From contig BK006938.2 in assembly GCA_000146045.2 (NCBI GenBank), positions 256,001 to 320,000 of the forward strand: a DNA stretch of 64,000 nt, in the 5' to 3' direction. Every line of letters begins with the position of its first letter. The stretch's first letter is position 1. Positions 36,781-47,210 of the stretch are shown one piece after another. Position numbers and translations under genes: made by a program. Below the pieces are notes generated by a model. That model saw nothing but the letters and a program-made list of their open reading frames with translations, searched no databases and was not told where the DNA came from. The stretch is from TPA_inf: Saccharomyces. Taxonomy: Eukaryota.

Positions 36781-37221
36781 ATGGCAAATACTGGCTGTTT
36801 ATCACCAGGTGCATTTTTATCAAAGGTTCCAGAATTTTTCCAGACTGCGAATGAAAAACATATAACTGTGCGTCTAACGGCCAAAAGACTCATAGAACAC
36901 GATCCTGTGGAAGGGAATCTTGAATTTGATTCTACCAACCATCCTGACTATGATGTATCTAAAAAGGCTTCTGAAATTTCAGTTAGCTCAAGATCTGACA
37001 GAGAATACCCACTATTAATCAGAATGTCTTATGGCTCGCATGACAAGAAAACAAAATGCTCAACAGTGGTAAAAGCAAGTGAGTTAGATCAATTTTGGCA
37101 AGAGTATTCATCTGTATTTAAGGGGGGCATGCAGAATTTGATCAAGAAGAAGAAAAAGAAGAGTAAGAACGGTACCATCAGTAAGACAGGAAAGAAAAAC
37201 AAGGTAGCGAAGAAAAACTGA
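36781..37221 (+). CDS. SRP14: Signal recognition particle Alu-domain subunit with Lys-rich C-terminal tail (146 aa)
   Basis: 146-aa ORF with basic KKKKKKSKNG... tail. Position fits. Confidence 0.75.
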   Translation: MANTGCLSPGAFLSKVPEFFQTANEKHITVRLTAKRLIEHDPVEGNLEFDSTNHPDYDVSKKASEISVSSRSDREYPLLIRMSYGSHDKKTKCSTVVKASELDQFWQEYSSVFKGGMQNLIKKKKKKSKNGTISKTGKKNKVAKKN

Positions 37222-37391
37222 TGCACGTGACACTTGAGTCAAAAGGCATGTGCGCCTCTTGTTATCTTTGGATGTGTAGATTAAAGGATGGCAACGTAGA
37301 TATAAAAGATTAATTGCATAAAGTTGTGTAGATATAAATTTAACTAAACTTTAGAATAAACGTTTTGAGATGACTATTTTTGAAATTCCTT

Positions 37392-38759
37392 TCATTCGTC
37401 CAGGCGTTCCATTACAATATTTCCTGATGGATATATGCCGCTAACGTCAGATATTTTGGTAGATAAATCAAGCTCTCTTCTTGGTACCGGCGTGATCAAT
37501 TTGAAGCTATACTGGTGCTGATAATTAGCAGGTTGGTATACGGGTAAAGTATCGTTTTCTGAGTTCAACATGTCATGCAACTGTAATTCTACGAAGGCAT
37601 ATATCTCCTCCGTTGGTAGAGATGCGTCAAACTTTCTCACTAATCTCTGCCCATTTTCTAGTCTGATCGCAACTTTGCTTGCATCTTTATCAGAAGAGGG
37701 TTCGGGTTTTAGTTGGCTTTTTCTCCACAATAGCCATTGGTTTTCTATTCTTTGGTGCTCTCTTTCCATTTGTTCTCTTTGGGTCTGTTCCAATCTTTCT
37801 GATTCTCTTTGTTGATCACGTCTTAAGGAATCCTGGTATCTTGAATCCTGTTGTTGTCTTATTAATCTCTGCATTTCAATATTTTGTCTTTGCTGACGCA
37901 ATTGAATTAATCGAGAATAATTCTTGGAGAATATGGCCTCCAAATCTTGGGCTTTGTAGTTAGAAATAGAACCTTCAACTCTTGCTATTAACTCTATTTT
38001 TTTCTCAGCCTTTAAAGAAATTATTCCAAGTAGGGGATATTGCCTAATTTTTAATGCATTGGAAACTTGCAACCCCTCGGATGTAGTAACGTCACCATAC
38101 CATAGTAATACCTGGTACTTCCTTATCATGTTAACAAAGGCTTCTGAGCACAATATTTTATTAACGTAATCCATATGATTATCCAACAATGGGTCATGTA
38201 AATAAATGACTCCAAATTTCACTTGTTCGCTACAAGCATCCAATAATTCAGTGTAACTATTTTGCATAATGCTTTTGGAAAATGTTCCATTTTCAGGGTT
38301 GTATAAAGAACCAAAACTAAACTGGACCCCACTGCTCTCATTGTTGCTCGTACTGTCAGTATTGCTGCCATCATCATTATTCCCGTTACCTTCAGAACAC
38401 GTTACAGCTTGAGCTTCGTTTTCTAGATTTTCTAAAAGACGGTGTAATTGGGAACTGTGGTCTAGTAAACGGTTGTGCTTCCTCTGGTAGAATCCGTGAA
38501 GTCTTAATAGAGGTTTTAAAAGACGTGAACTTCGGACAATGAAATTCAATAAATAATAAAGAACTATTAGGGGAGCTTGAAATAAAAAATGGAGTATTGA
38601 TTTTAAGCGTCCATCCCGGCTCTGTGTGGGTTCATTTGTATTGCTGTTTTGATCTTCTGTCCTTCCATTCAAATCAGCAGGTGGTTCTTCTCTAAAAGCA
38701 CCTGGGATTCGAATAAAGGAATCATCATTATTTCCAAAAGTATGCCTAAATATATCCAT
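37392..38759 (-). CDS. UBX3: UBX-domain protein (455 aa)
   Basis: 455-aa ORF with a C-terminal UBX-like region. The name comes from position and size. Confidence 0.65.
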
Positions 38760-39033
38760 GTTTAAAGGGTATGTTTAAATCGCAGTCAAGCCGATTGATG
38801 AGGTACAACAAAATTTGGGAGTACGATTGCCCGCTGTTTTTGAACTTACTCTCACTTTTTGCTTCGTATGTAATTAAGCAAGGATGTGTTACAATAAGAT
38901 TTCGCTTTGTTATTATCGTTTTAAAAGCGGTCGCCGAAGTGTCGAATAAAGGACAATGATAACGTAAAGAGAAAGAAATTGGAAAGAGACTGACCGCTAA
39001 GGAGATTGAATACATATATATAATAGTATGTGG

Positions 39034-40329
39034 TTAACTTGGAGAAGATAAATTGGATTTAAAGTAGTGGATAATTTTTCTTACATTTTCTATTGGTAAA
39101 CCATAGACAGGGTTGACATCAGTAAGTTTCGATGATCCAATTAGGCGGTCTGGAGTACACTTAATATTATGTGGAGAATCATTAGGAGTGCAACTGTATG
39201 AACTTTCCGCAACAGCCAGTCCTAATAGGCAATAATTTGTATGGTAAAAGTCTGAGTGGGCCCCTGGTTTATCTCTCAAACCAGGTTGCTCTTTTTCTTG
39301 GCAACAGTACAATATGTAGTCCCGAAGAGCATGTTTGTTGAAGCATTGGCCATATCCAAAAGCTTCAAGAATGGCAGCCGAACCTCCAACCCAAAAACTA
39401 TAGCAACCGTCAACAAGTTTGTTGCTCCTTCCGCAAAATCCTCGTTCTTCTTGCAATTGACGAGCACTAGACCATTCTAAAAGCTTTTCAACATTTATTT
39501 GGTCCATGGACCTTAAAATTGCTAGACTAGCTGTAGCACAGAAAGTATAGCCTCCGTGTGCCTCATCTACGTGAGGACAACTGCCGAATCCACCTTCATA
39601 ATTTTGACAATTTTTCAAATAGTTTAACACACCTTCTGTAAGCTCTTCTGTAAGAATATTTAATAAGGTTGCTATGCTCAAGGCACAGTATATACCTCTT
39701 GTATCCACTTCTCCGACTTCTAAACAGGTCTTGAATCCTCCATTAGGCTCTTTCAACGATATCAGCCATTGGTAAATTCCTTTTCGATCAATTCTGTCCC
39801 AGCATCCATCTATGTTATCGCAAAGGGAGAGAGCATTAATTGCAGCATAAGTGCTGGCCAAATGAGATAATTGGCCAGGACCTCCACCAAAGGGTCCTCC
39901 TGAAGGACTAATAGTAAAGAGCTTATCTACAATTTTTCTTTTGGTGTCATCTGAAAGCCAGTCTCTGTCCATTACCTTCAATGAGTTAGCAATCCAATAT
40001 AGCATCCACGGTTGTGAAGCATCTAGTGCTGTCATTTGTGGAGGTAACGATATCTCAAAAGCGACATCCAAGTACATTTTGTGAAACTCTTTCGTGAGAG
40101 CAGGTTCTATATTCTTTTCATCATCGTATATCTCTAATACACTTTGTAGTACTTTGTATCGTGCTTCTGTAGTGTCGGTTTCTAGTTCCTTCATCAATGG
40201 TTGGATTGCTTTACTTGAATCTACATGCGCTATATCGACGACTCTTTCCATAACTGGTCTCTTTCTTCCTAATAAGGCAGTATTTATAAATTTAGCCCTA
40301 GCTATGGACCTTCCTACTCTCTGTCGCAT
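39034..40329 (-). CDS. RAM1: Protein farnesyltransferase beta subunit (431 aa)
   Basis: Prenyltransferase beta-subunit repeat motifs (GGFGGGPGQ..., GGF repeats). 431 aa. Confidence 0.85.
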   Translation of the reverse strand: MRQRVGRSIARAKFINTALLGRKRPVMERVVDIAHVDSSKAIQPLMKELETDTTEARYKVLQSVLEIYDDEKNIEPALTKEFHKMYLDVAFEISLPPQMTALDASQPWMLYWIANSLKVMDRDWLSDDTKRKIVDKLFTISPSGGPFGGGPGQLSHLASTYAAINALSLCDNIDGCWDRIDRKGIYQWLISLKEPNGGFKTCLEVGEVDTRGIYCALSIATLLNILTEELTEGVLNYLKNCQNYEGGFGSCPHVDEAHGGYTFCATASLAILRSMDQINVEKLLEWSSARQLQEERGFCGRSNKLVDGCYSFWVGGSAAILEAFGYGQCFNKHALRDYILYCCQEKEQPGLRDKPGAHSDFYHTNYCLLGLAVAESSYSCTPNDSPHNIKCTPDRLIGSSKLTDVNPVYGLPIENVRKIIHYFKSNLSSPS

Positions 40330-40819
40330 ACGCTTTGATTGCCTATAGCTTTACAAGCACTGCAGTTGTTTCTGCATAAGAACGGCGATGATATGGACCC
40401 TTGCTTGGTTTATCCTAGCCACTTTCGCGTGTTTCAGTTTCAAGCTTTCCTAATCAGGCAACAGCTTATACGAAAAGATTAATAAGTTACAATGTTAAAC
40501 AGTTTCGCTTCAAGACCTCTAACGTTAGCCAGAAATAATAAGAATAGGTGGATTAAGTTACAAGTGTTTTTGTCCTCCTACTTAATCAGAACAGAGCACG
40601 GGAATAGTGATCTCTTTCAATAGCGAAAGGAGGGAAAAATAGCCCTGCAATATATAAAGGAAGAAGTTAACACCGTATTAAAAGGGGTGAGGCCGTTGGG
40701 ACAAGTGGTAGTTTCCTTAAAGTCTGGTTTGATTGACAATATTTAGAAGTTAGTGAAACGAACAACCTAAAAAACTTTGTTGTGCAGTAGAGAGCTTTAC
40801 ATTTACCTTCGGCAGTAAA

Positions 40820-42274
40820 ATGGGTTCAAATGATTTGATAAATGAAGCATATGACGACTCGGAAGTAGTTGGTGAGGAAAGAGAATCAAAATCTGCATGG
40901 ATGAAGAGGTGGTATCAGCTACTTACTTCTCCTTTAGACTTGCAGTTGGTAATAAATGAAAAGTTAGAAATGATCAACTGGGATGCTTATGCTAAAAGTC
41001 TAGCTAAGCCATTAGGGAATTTTTTAACAATACTTTTTTTTATCATAAGACTCTTGCAGGACAATTTGATCAAGCCCAACTATTACAAACTAAACGTCAA
41101 GTCTGGCGCTTTCGATCTTTCTAAATCCAATAAATTAAAAGAGTTTGATTATCTATGGGAGATATCATCCAGCTTTCAAAACAATAATCAATTTTATGCA
41201 TTTCAATCTTGGTATTTTGTTACCTTAAGGTTTTTGAATAATCTTTTCAGGTTTACTATTTTCATACTGCTGTCCCTGAACCTGTACGTAAGCTGTAAAT
41301 TCATGTTTGGATACTTTAAGACTTACAATCTCTTCCATTTGAAAAAAGAGTTCAACTCCCCAAACCTCACTAAACACAACTTGAAGGATCTAAGCAAAGA
41401 ATACTATGAAGATATTTATAAGCAGTCCTTGTGGTCTATGTTGAAGCATTTTTTCAGAGGATCTCGTGATGACGGTCCTCATGTTAATCAAAATGAAGAT
41501 GAGATATTTTTTCAGTTAAGAAAATGGATCCCCACTAACTTCATGATTAATCTTTTTGTGTCTTTTTCACCAACGGCAATTGTTTTTTTAAGCTTTTCTG
41601 ATGTTTCGTTTACTTCAGCAATTGCTATAGTATTCCATCAATATATTCTGGATTATATCATAACTAAGAGATTTCAAAGAAGCGTGGACGACGACTTGAT
41701 TTTATCAAGTGCAGCTTTGCAAGAATATGAGGACAAGCATATAATGGCACGAATTAACCAATGCAGCAATATAGATACTCTATCATCTGCAATGGGTACT
41801 AGATCTAAAACACCGAGAATATTCACCACTCACTCCCTATGTGGCGAAGAAATCAGAGAGGTTTATAATTATGAAAAAAGGGAATTTGAGGCATTACCGA
41901 AAATGACAGAAAGTGTGCCAGGATCCCGTGAAACCAGAATAAAGGATTATGGAGGCATTTCTCAAGTATCTGACCATCAAAGTCATCCCATTGGTTTTCA
42001 TTATTCTCCTAGAATGTCCCCATATTATAGGGATAAAGTTTTGGATAACAATTTGGCTCAATCATCGTCAAATGAAAATTTAGAGAAGGGCGGAGCTTAC
42101 CTGCCGAATCAAGACCAAAATAGACCATCGAAATCCCTGAGCCCATTGAGAAAAACGCCTTTAAGCGCACGACAGAAAAGGTTTGAAGGCTCAGAGTTCA
42201 ATGTATTGAATAAGAATGATATTAATTCCATTCTTCGCTCTCCAAAGAAAAAGAAGAACTATCACAAAAGATAA
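40820..42274 (+). CDS. NUR1: Nuclear envelope membrane protein involved in rDNA stability (484 aa)
   Basis: 484-aa ORF with predicted TM helices and an S/N-rich C-terminus. The name comes from position and size. Confidence 0.6.
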   Translation: MGSNDLINEAYDDSEVVGEERESKSAWMKRWYQLLTSPLDLQLVINEKLEMINWDAYAKSLAKPLGNFLTILFFIIRLLQDNLIKPNYYKLNVKSGAFDLSKSNKLKEFDYLWEISSSFQNNNQFYAFQSWYFVTLRFLNNLFRFTIFILLSLNLYVSCKFMFGYFKTYNLFHLKKEFNSPNLTKHNLKDLSKEYYEDIYKQSLWSMLKHFFRGSRDDGPHVNQNEDEIFFQLRKWIPTNFMINLFVSFSPTAIVFLSFSDVSFTSAIAIVFHQYILDYIITKRFQRSVDDDLILSSAALQEYEDKHIMARINQCSNIDTLSSAMGTRSKTPRIFTTHSLCGEEIREVYNYEKREFEALPKMTESVPGSRETRIKDYGGISQVSDHQSHPIGFHYSPRMSPYYRDKVLDNNLAQSSSNENLEKGGAYLPNQDQNRPSKSLSPLRKTPLSARQKRFEGSEFNVLNKNDINSILRSPKKKKNYHKR

Positions 42275-42416
42275 CGTTTCTTAATTATGTCTAAGTATAT
42301 ACAGTTACGTAAAAATCAATAAACAAAAGTAAAACAATGCTGTTTGAAAAGTTATCAAAATAATAAATGTATGAAGTATTGTAAATGTTCATGAATAATT
42401 AGCTGGACGATTTCTG

Positions 42417-44003
42417 TTATAGGTCATTCCAACCAAATAACCAATTACTCAGTTTGTGCGTAAAACCAGCAGGTTCATTATTTCTGTATTTCGCTTCTTG
42501 CTGACGCATTTTCGATTCTAGGTTTCGCAACAGATTAGGAATATTCGAATTCGGTCCTGCATTTTGCATGAATGGCAATTTGCCATCTATTACATCCAGC
42601 CGCTTATTCGGAGAATTTGCTACTATTGGACTTGAAATATTTGTTGGATTACCAGCATGACCGGCAGGAGTATTATCGTCTTCCCTCAGAAGAGTGCCAT
42701 CAGTTATTATTACGTTTGGTGGGGATGGTGTATTAGATGTCGACGATGTGGAGGAATTTTGATACATAGAAACGTTGAATTCTCCAATGTCGTCGACATT
42801 ATCAATTTTGCAGCCAGCTAATTGCTCCACCGCATTTTTTGAATATGGGATGCAACCAATCAAAGAACCGCGAAATATGGTTCCATTTTCCTGCAGTGCT
42901 CTCAAAGCAGAAGATGGAGAATTATAAGTGAGTTTGACCCAACTTTCACCAGTAAATATTGGATATTTTTTGTTATTCGACTCATTATTTCTGCCTTTTA
43001 AAGTAATAGATTTATTAACAGTAGAATCGTTTTCATCACAGCCTGTATCATGATTATGGAATATTCTGAAGGTGTTGGGGTTAATCCCGCGACCCAATCG
43101 CAATACTTGAAAGTCTTCCATAATATGACCGAAATGGGAGAAGTGTTCAATCAATTCATTGGAAATTGATTCAGGATAGCCAAATACGATAATTGCGCTC
43201 AAACTAGAAGACTTGGAAGATGTTTCATGGACTTTATTGTTTGTTTCGGCGGTGTTGTAATTATTATCTAAATGGTTCTGTTCAATGTTTGCTATTCTAA
43301 CATAAGAGTCTTTATCAAAAACATTTGGAGTATTTTTGGAATCATAAGCTGACCTATTTGTTTTCTTCGCCGTGTATTTGTCGGTAACAAACTGAGTTGT
43401 TAATGATGGAATAGAACCGAATTCATCCTCGCGTTGCCAATCCTGTAAAGTAACGGAGGGTGGAATATCGTTAAAATTTGACAACAGAGAATTGATGTCA
43501 TTATTTGCCGCAGACTTATTTCTTTCATTATGCTTGGAATCTTGATTTTGCTTACTGAAATTTCTCATAGTAGCGTTCATAGAAGATGAATCATCATTCT
43601 GGTTGATGTCAGAAGAAGAATTTTGCTTTGTTGTCTTCCTTCTTATCACCGTATGAGGAGTGAATCTCTTTTTAGGATTATTCACCCAGCTAGGATTATT
43701 CCCTTGGCCATGTTGGCTTATGTTATTTGTGCCGTTTTTAATGTTGTTGTTGTTGATGCTATTGTTACCGATATTACTACTATAGTTATTGGCGTTTACA
43801 GTATTGGAAAGTGAGTTTCCAAATCGTAAAGAACTTGCATCGGATGATCCATTGAATTGCAAGTGTTGCTGCTGTTGTTGTGGTTGCGGTTGCGGTTGTG
43901 GCTGCAACTGTGATTGCGATTGAAACATCTGGGTTGTCTGTGGTGCTTGCGACGTGAGGTTAGTAAATCCACCGTTATTATTGCCTGAACGTATTCCAAA
44001 CAT
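42417..44003 (-). CDS. ASM4: FG-nucleoporin, Asn/Gln/Ser-rich with an RRM-like C-terminal region (528 aa)
   Basis: Q/P and N-rich low complexity. 528 aa. Position fits. Confidence 0.75.
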   Translation of the reverse strand: MFGIRSGNNNGGFTNLTSQAPQTTQMFQSQSQLQPQPQPQPQQQQQHLQFNGSSDASSLRFGNSLSNTVNANNYSSNIGNNSINNNNIKNGTNNISQHGQGNNPSWVNNPKKRFTPHTVIRRKTTKQNSSSDINQNDDSSSMNATMRNFSKQNQDSKHNERNKSAANNDINSLLSNFNDIPPSVTLQDWQREDEFGSIPSLTTQFVTDKYTAKKTNRSAYDSKNTPNVFDKDSYVRIANIEQNHLDNNYNTAETNNKVHETSSKSSSLSAIIVFGYPESISNELIEHFSHFGHIMEDFQVLRLGRGINPNTFRIFHNHDTGCDENDSTVNKSITLKGRNNESNNKKYPIFTGESWVKLTYNSPSSALRALQENGTIFRGSLIGCIPYSKNAVEQLAGCKIDNVDDIGEFNVSMYQNSSTSSTSNTPSPPNVIITDGTLLREDDNTPAGHAGNPTNISSPIVANSPNKRLDVIDGKLPFMQNAGPNSNIPNLLRNLESKMRQQEAKYRNNEPAGFTHKLSNWLFGWNDL

Positions 44004-44213
44004 TTTAATTTGCCGTTCCTTGTTTTCAGGTTACAGAGAAAAAAAAAAAAAGAGAGCGAATAAAAAACTTAAATAGATAGGGAAACGATATGTCTACCTT
44101 ATCGGGAAATAAACTATGCAGAGGTATGTGTGTGATATTCACAAACCTTTCTTCTTTCATAAGTACTCTCCTTCGAACAAAATTTTTCTAGCATCATTTT
44201 TTTATGTATGGCC

Positions 44214-44999
44214 CTACACAAAGCGTCTTCCGGGTAGTGTAGTAGCTGTCTTGCTGGCGTTAGTTGTCCGGTTATTCTTCATTAGCCGATCATAATCCTC
44301 TCTCATCTTGACATATCCCAGATGAATCTTCCCCAAGAAGTGGTCAGCAAGCCTTCTGTCTGTATCTAAACGCGATAGGTATGCCCCACACACCTCGCAA
44401 ACCTGTAACTTTTGCTGGGCGCTCTGGCCCACGTTTTCTGTAATGTTTCGTACACGTTTTGCAACTTCTTTCCTTTTACTAATCAGTTCTTGTAATTTGA
44501 CTGACTGTAGCATACCCATACTGACTTCATCTGCACGAATTAAAGAATCAATCTCTTGTCCCATTAGGCCTATCCGCACGTCCAAGACATCTAGTTCTTC
44601 GGTAACCTGCTGAATCTTCATTCGTTCCTCAGCGGTGTGTTTTAGATTTTGTAGTGCTACGGATATCTGGCCATTACACTCATTAACAAACCGAGATAGA
44701 ATGGCCAGATATTCTCTTTCGAATTCGGGAAACGTTTTGCCCTGCTTGACCTCTCTCTCGTACTGAATTTTATGCTTGGTAAGATGCATCTGCGGGCATT
44801 TTCCCAGGCTCTGCTTGGTGCCCTGAAACAGGTCGTAGGGGCACTCGCCAACAAGGTATGACTTGCAGATCTTGGGATCGTGTAGTCCGAGGTCTCTTTT
44901 TTGATGCGAATACCTGTTGTGGCGGAAACTGAAGTCCCTGCCCATCAGCTGTTCGACGAGTTTGCGTTGTTCTGCGGCAGGCGTTGACATAGTTGACAT
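44214..44999 (-). CDS. LUC7: U1 snRNP protein with two zinc fingers (261 aa)
   Basis: LUC7 family CCCH/C2H2 motifs (CKSYLVGECPYDLF..., CEVCGAYLS...DHFLGKIH). 261 aa. Confidence 0.85.
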   Translation of the reverse strand: MSTMSTPAAEQRKLVEQLMGRDFSFRHNRYSHQKRDLGLHDPKICKSYLVGECPYDLFQGTKQSLGKCPQMHLTKHKIQYEREVKQGKTFPEFEREYLAILSRFVNECNGQISVALQNLKHTAEERMKIQQVTEELDVLDVRIGLMGQEIDSLIRADEVSMGMLQSVKLQELISKRKEVAKRVRNITENVGQSAQQKLQVCEVCGAYLSRLDTDRRLADHFLGKIHLGYVKMREDYDRLMKNNRTTNASKTATTLPGRRFV

Positions 45000-45412
45000 T
45001 CTGACGGTAGTTGGCAGCTTTCTGCTGGGAGTGTAGAGCCTTTTGTAGTATAACTTTTTGTTCTTTTCTTTCTTCTCTAATGCCTGAGGCTTCGGCGGTT
45101 ATTCGGGTAATACATTAAGGAAGTTGCCATGATGTGGAAGAATACGACTAGTCAGTTAGCGATGGCCAGCTCCTTTACCTAAATCATGTGGCCTATCTTC
45201 AGATAGCATACTACCACCAACCATCAATACCTCAATGGCTTTCAACAAGTACCCTTCGTCGGGTTTTCAGCTTTTTTCCTACTTTGCTGGATGCTTTGTG
45301 AAGATCAGGAAGAAATTTTATCGGAAAAACCTCACTAGGAGAAACTATATAAAAGAAGGGTCAGACTGAAAATGACGCCGTAATAAACTCGTGGTAGTAG
45401 ATAAAGCAAACA

Positions 45413-46234
45413 ATGTTGATTACTGAGACCTTTCATGATGTGCAGACATCATACGGCACCACTCTGCGTATATACGTATATTCTCCTAAGATTGCAGGCT
45501 ATCCACAAGCTAAGTTTCCTGGGGTGATTCTGTACAGTGAAATTTACCAAGTGACGGGTCCGGTTCGTCGTTTTGGTCAAAGAATTGCGTCTGAAGGTTA
45601 CGTTGTGGTGGCACCTGCCATATACCACAACTTTATGGGCCCTGAAGCGTTGCCCTATGACGTGCAGGGTACCGATATTGGTAACGAGTACAAGATCAAG
45701 AAGCCGTTAGAATCATACGATGAGGACAACAAACTGTGTTGCGATCTACTTTTCCAGTTACCCCAATTCGATGGTAAGAGAATTGGTTCCACAGGAATGT
45801 GTTTAGGTGGCCATTTGGCTTTTAGAGCGCTCCTGGACAAAAGGGTTACCTGCGCAACCTGCTTCTTCCCTACCGACATCCATTCCAGAACCTTAGGTCT
45901 TGGCCAGAACGATAACTCTTTGGAACGTGTTTCGAAGGAGTTGGGTAATAACCAAGAAATGGTTTTGATCTTCGGAACTGCGGACACCCATGTCGACCCG
46001 CAAGGCCGCGATCTAATCAGAAAGACCCTCAGAGACCACGGAGTAAAGTTTACGTTCTTGGAAATCCTGGCTGCCCAGCATGCGTTCATCCGTGACGAGT
46101 TCAGCAAGGGCAGGTTCGACTCCGCTATCACTCAAAGTTGTCTCGGCTTCTTGTTCGAGCAGTTCAACAGAAAATTGAGAATCGATTTGGGTGAATTTGT
46201 CGATGACAATACACCTTTGGAGCACGTTTGTTAA
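45413..46234 (+). CDS. YDL086W: Dienelactone hydrolase (carboxymethylenebutenolidase) family alpha/beta hydrolase (273 aa)
   Basis: DLH family. Nucleophile motif GMCLGG, catalytic His near C-terminus. 273 aa. Confidence 0.8.
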
Positions 46235-46463
46235 GATCTTCACTCTGTACACGCTATATACTAAATAACAATAAGAAAAAGAAAAAGAAGCACAATATAG
46301 GAAAGCGTTCTAATTAACTAAAGAAAAAAAAAAAATAAAAAAAAAATAAAAAAAAGGTAACTAAAAAGGACAAAAAACATAACAGCTGTTTATAAAGTAC
46401 TTTATACGTAAGAAACTACTGGCACTATTCATTCCAATAAAAGGACAGGTATAAAGTGTCTGC

Positions 46464-46670
46464 TTATCTTCTCGTCTTTTCGGCTTTTAACTTCTCAAGC
46501 TTTTCAGCCTCTCTTCTAGCATCTGCGGCGGCCTGCTTTTGTCTCAAGATTTCGGCGTCTGACTCCATTCTTTTCTTAGGATCACCACTCTTTTTCTGGT
46601 TCTTAGCCATGTCCTTTTGTTTTTTCAAGTTTTTTTGTCTTGCCAAGTCTCTTTGATTACCTCTAGCCAT
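46464..46670 (-). CDS. YDL085C-A: Small basic 4F5/SERF-family protein (68 aa)
   Basis: N-terminal MARGNQRDLARQKN... is the conserved 4F5 domain. 68 aa. Confidence 0.8.
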   Translation of the reverse strand: MARGNQRDLARQKNLKKQKDMAKNQKKSGDPKKRMESDAEILRQKQAAADARREAEKLEKLKAEKTRR

Positions 46671-47210
46671 TGTTAAAGATGTATCGTCTTGCGACGTAAT
46701 TTGTTGCTCTGTGTAGTATTGATCTTGTTGGTATTGCTAGAAATGCTTCAGCAATACTGTATAAAATATGGAAACGTTGCCATGGCAAGACAAAAGAAGT
46801 GATCTTGAGTGAAATAATAGAGCCCGGATGGCCGGGTAAATTCAACCGCTCGTACCGTTTATAATACGCATAAACGCCGAAAATGTCTCTATTTTAGTCA
46901 TTCCCCAGAGTGCGGTATTGCGTACACCTGTCATGCGTTCCTTAGTGCCGATAGATATACTAATATCGATGCGTCACAGTAGCAGATCATCTCTGACACT
47001 TGTTTCCCCATTTTTTTTTTTCATTTTTTAAAGGGTTTCTCTACAGCCTACAGGCCTCCCCTAATAAGTCAGCCCCTCCCTTTGGAGTGCGCTGTTGACC
47101 TGCGTATATAAGAGGTATATCAGTGCCAGTAGGTAAACCCATCTTGCGGGGATTGTACCAGGAACATAGTAGAAAGACAAAAACAACCACCGTACTTGCC
47201 ATTCGTATAG

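Noticed and set aside
46104-46114. Perfect tRNA B-box-like 11-mer GGTTCGACTCC
   Set aside because: It lies inside the YDL086W coding sequence (…GRFDSAIT…). There is no upstream A-box, no cloverleaf-compatible acceptor stem and no CCA/terminator context. Coincidental.
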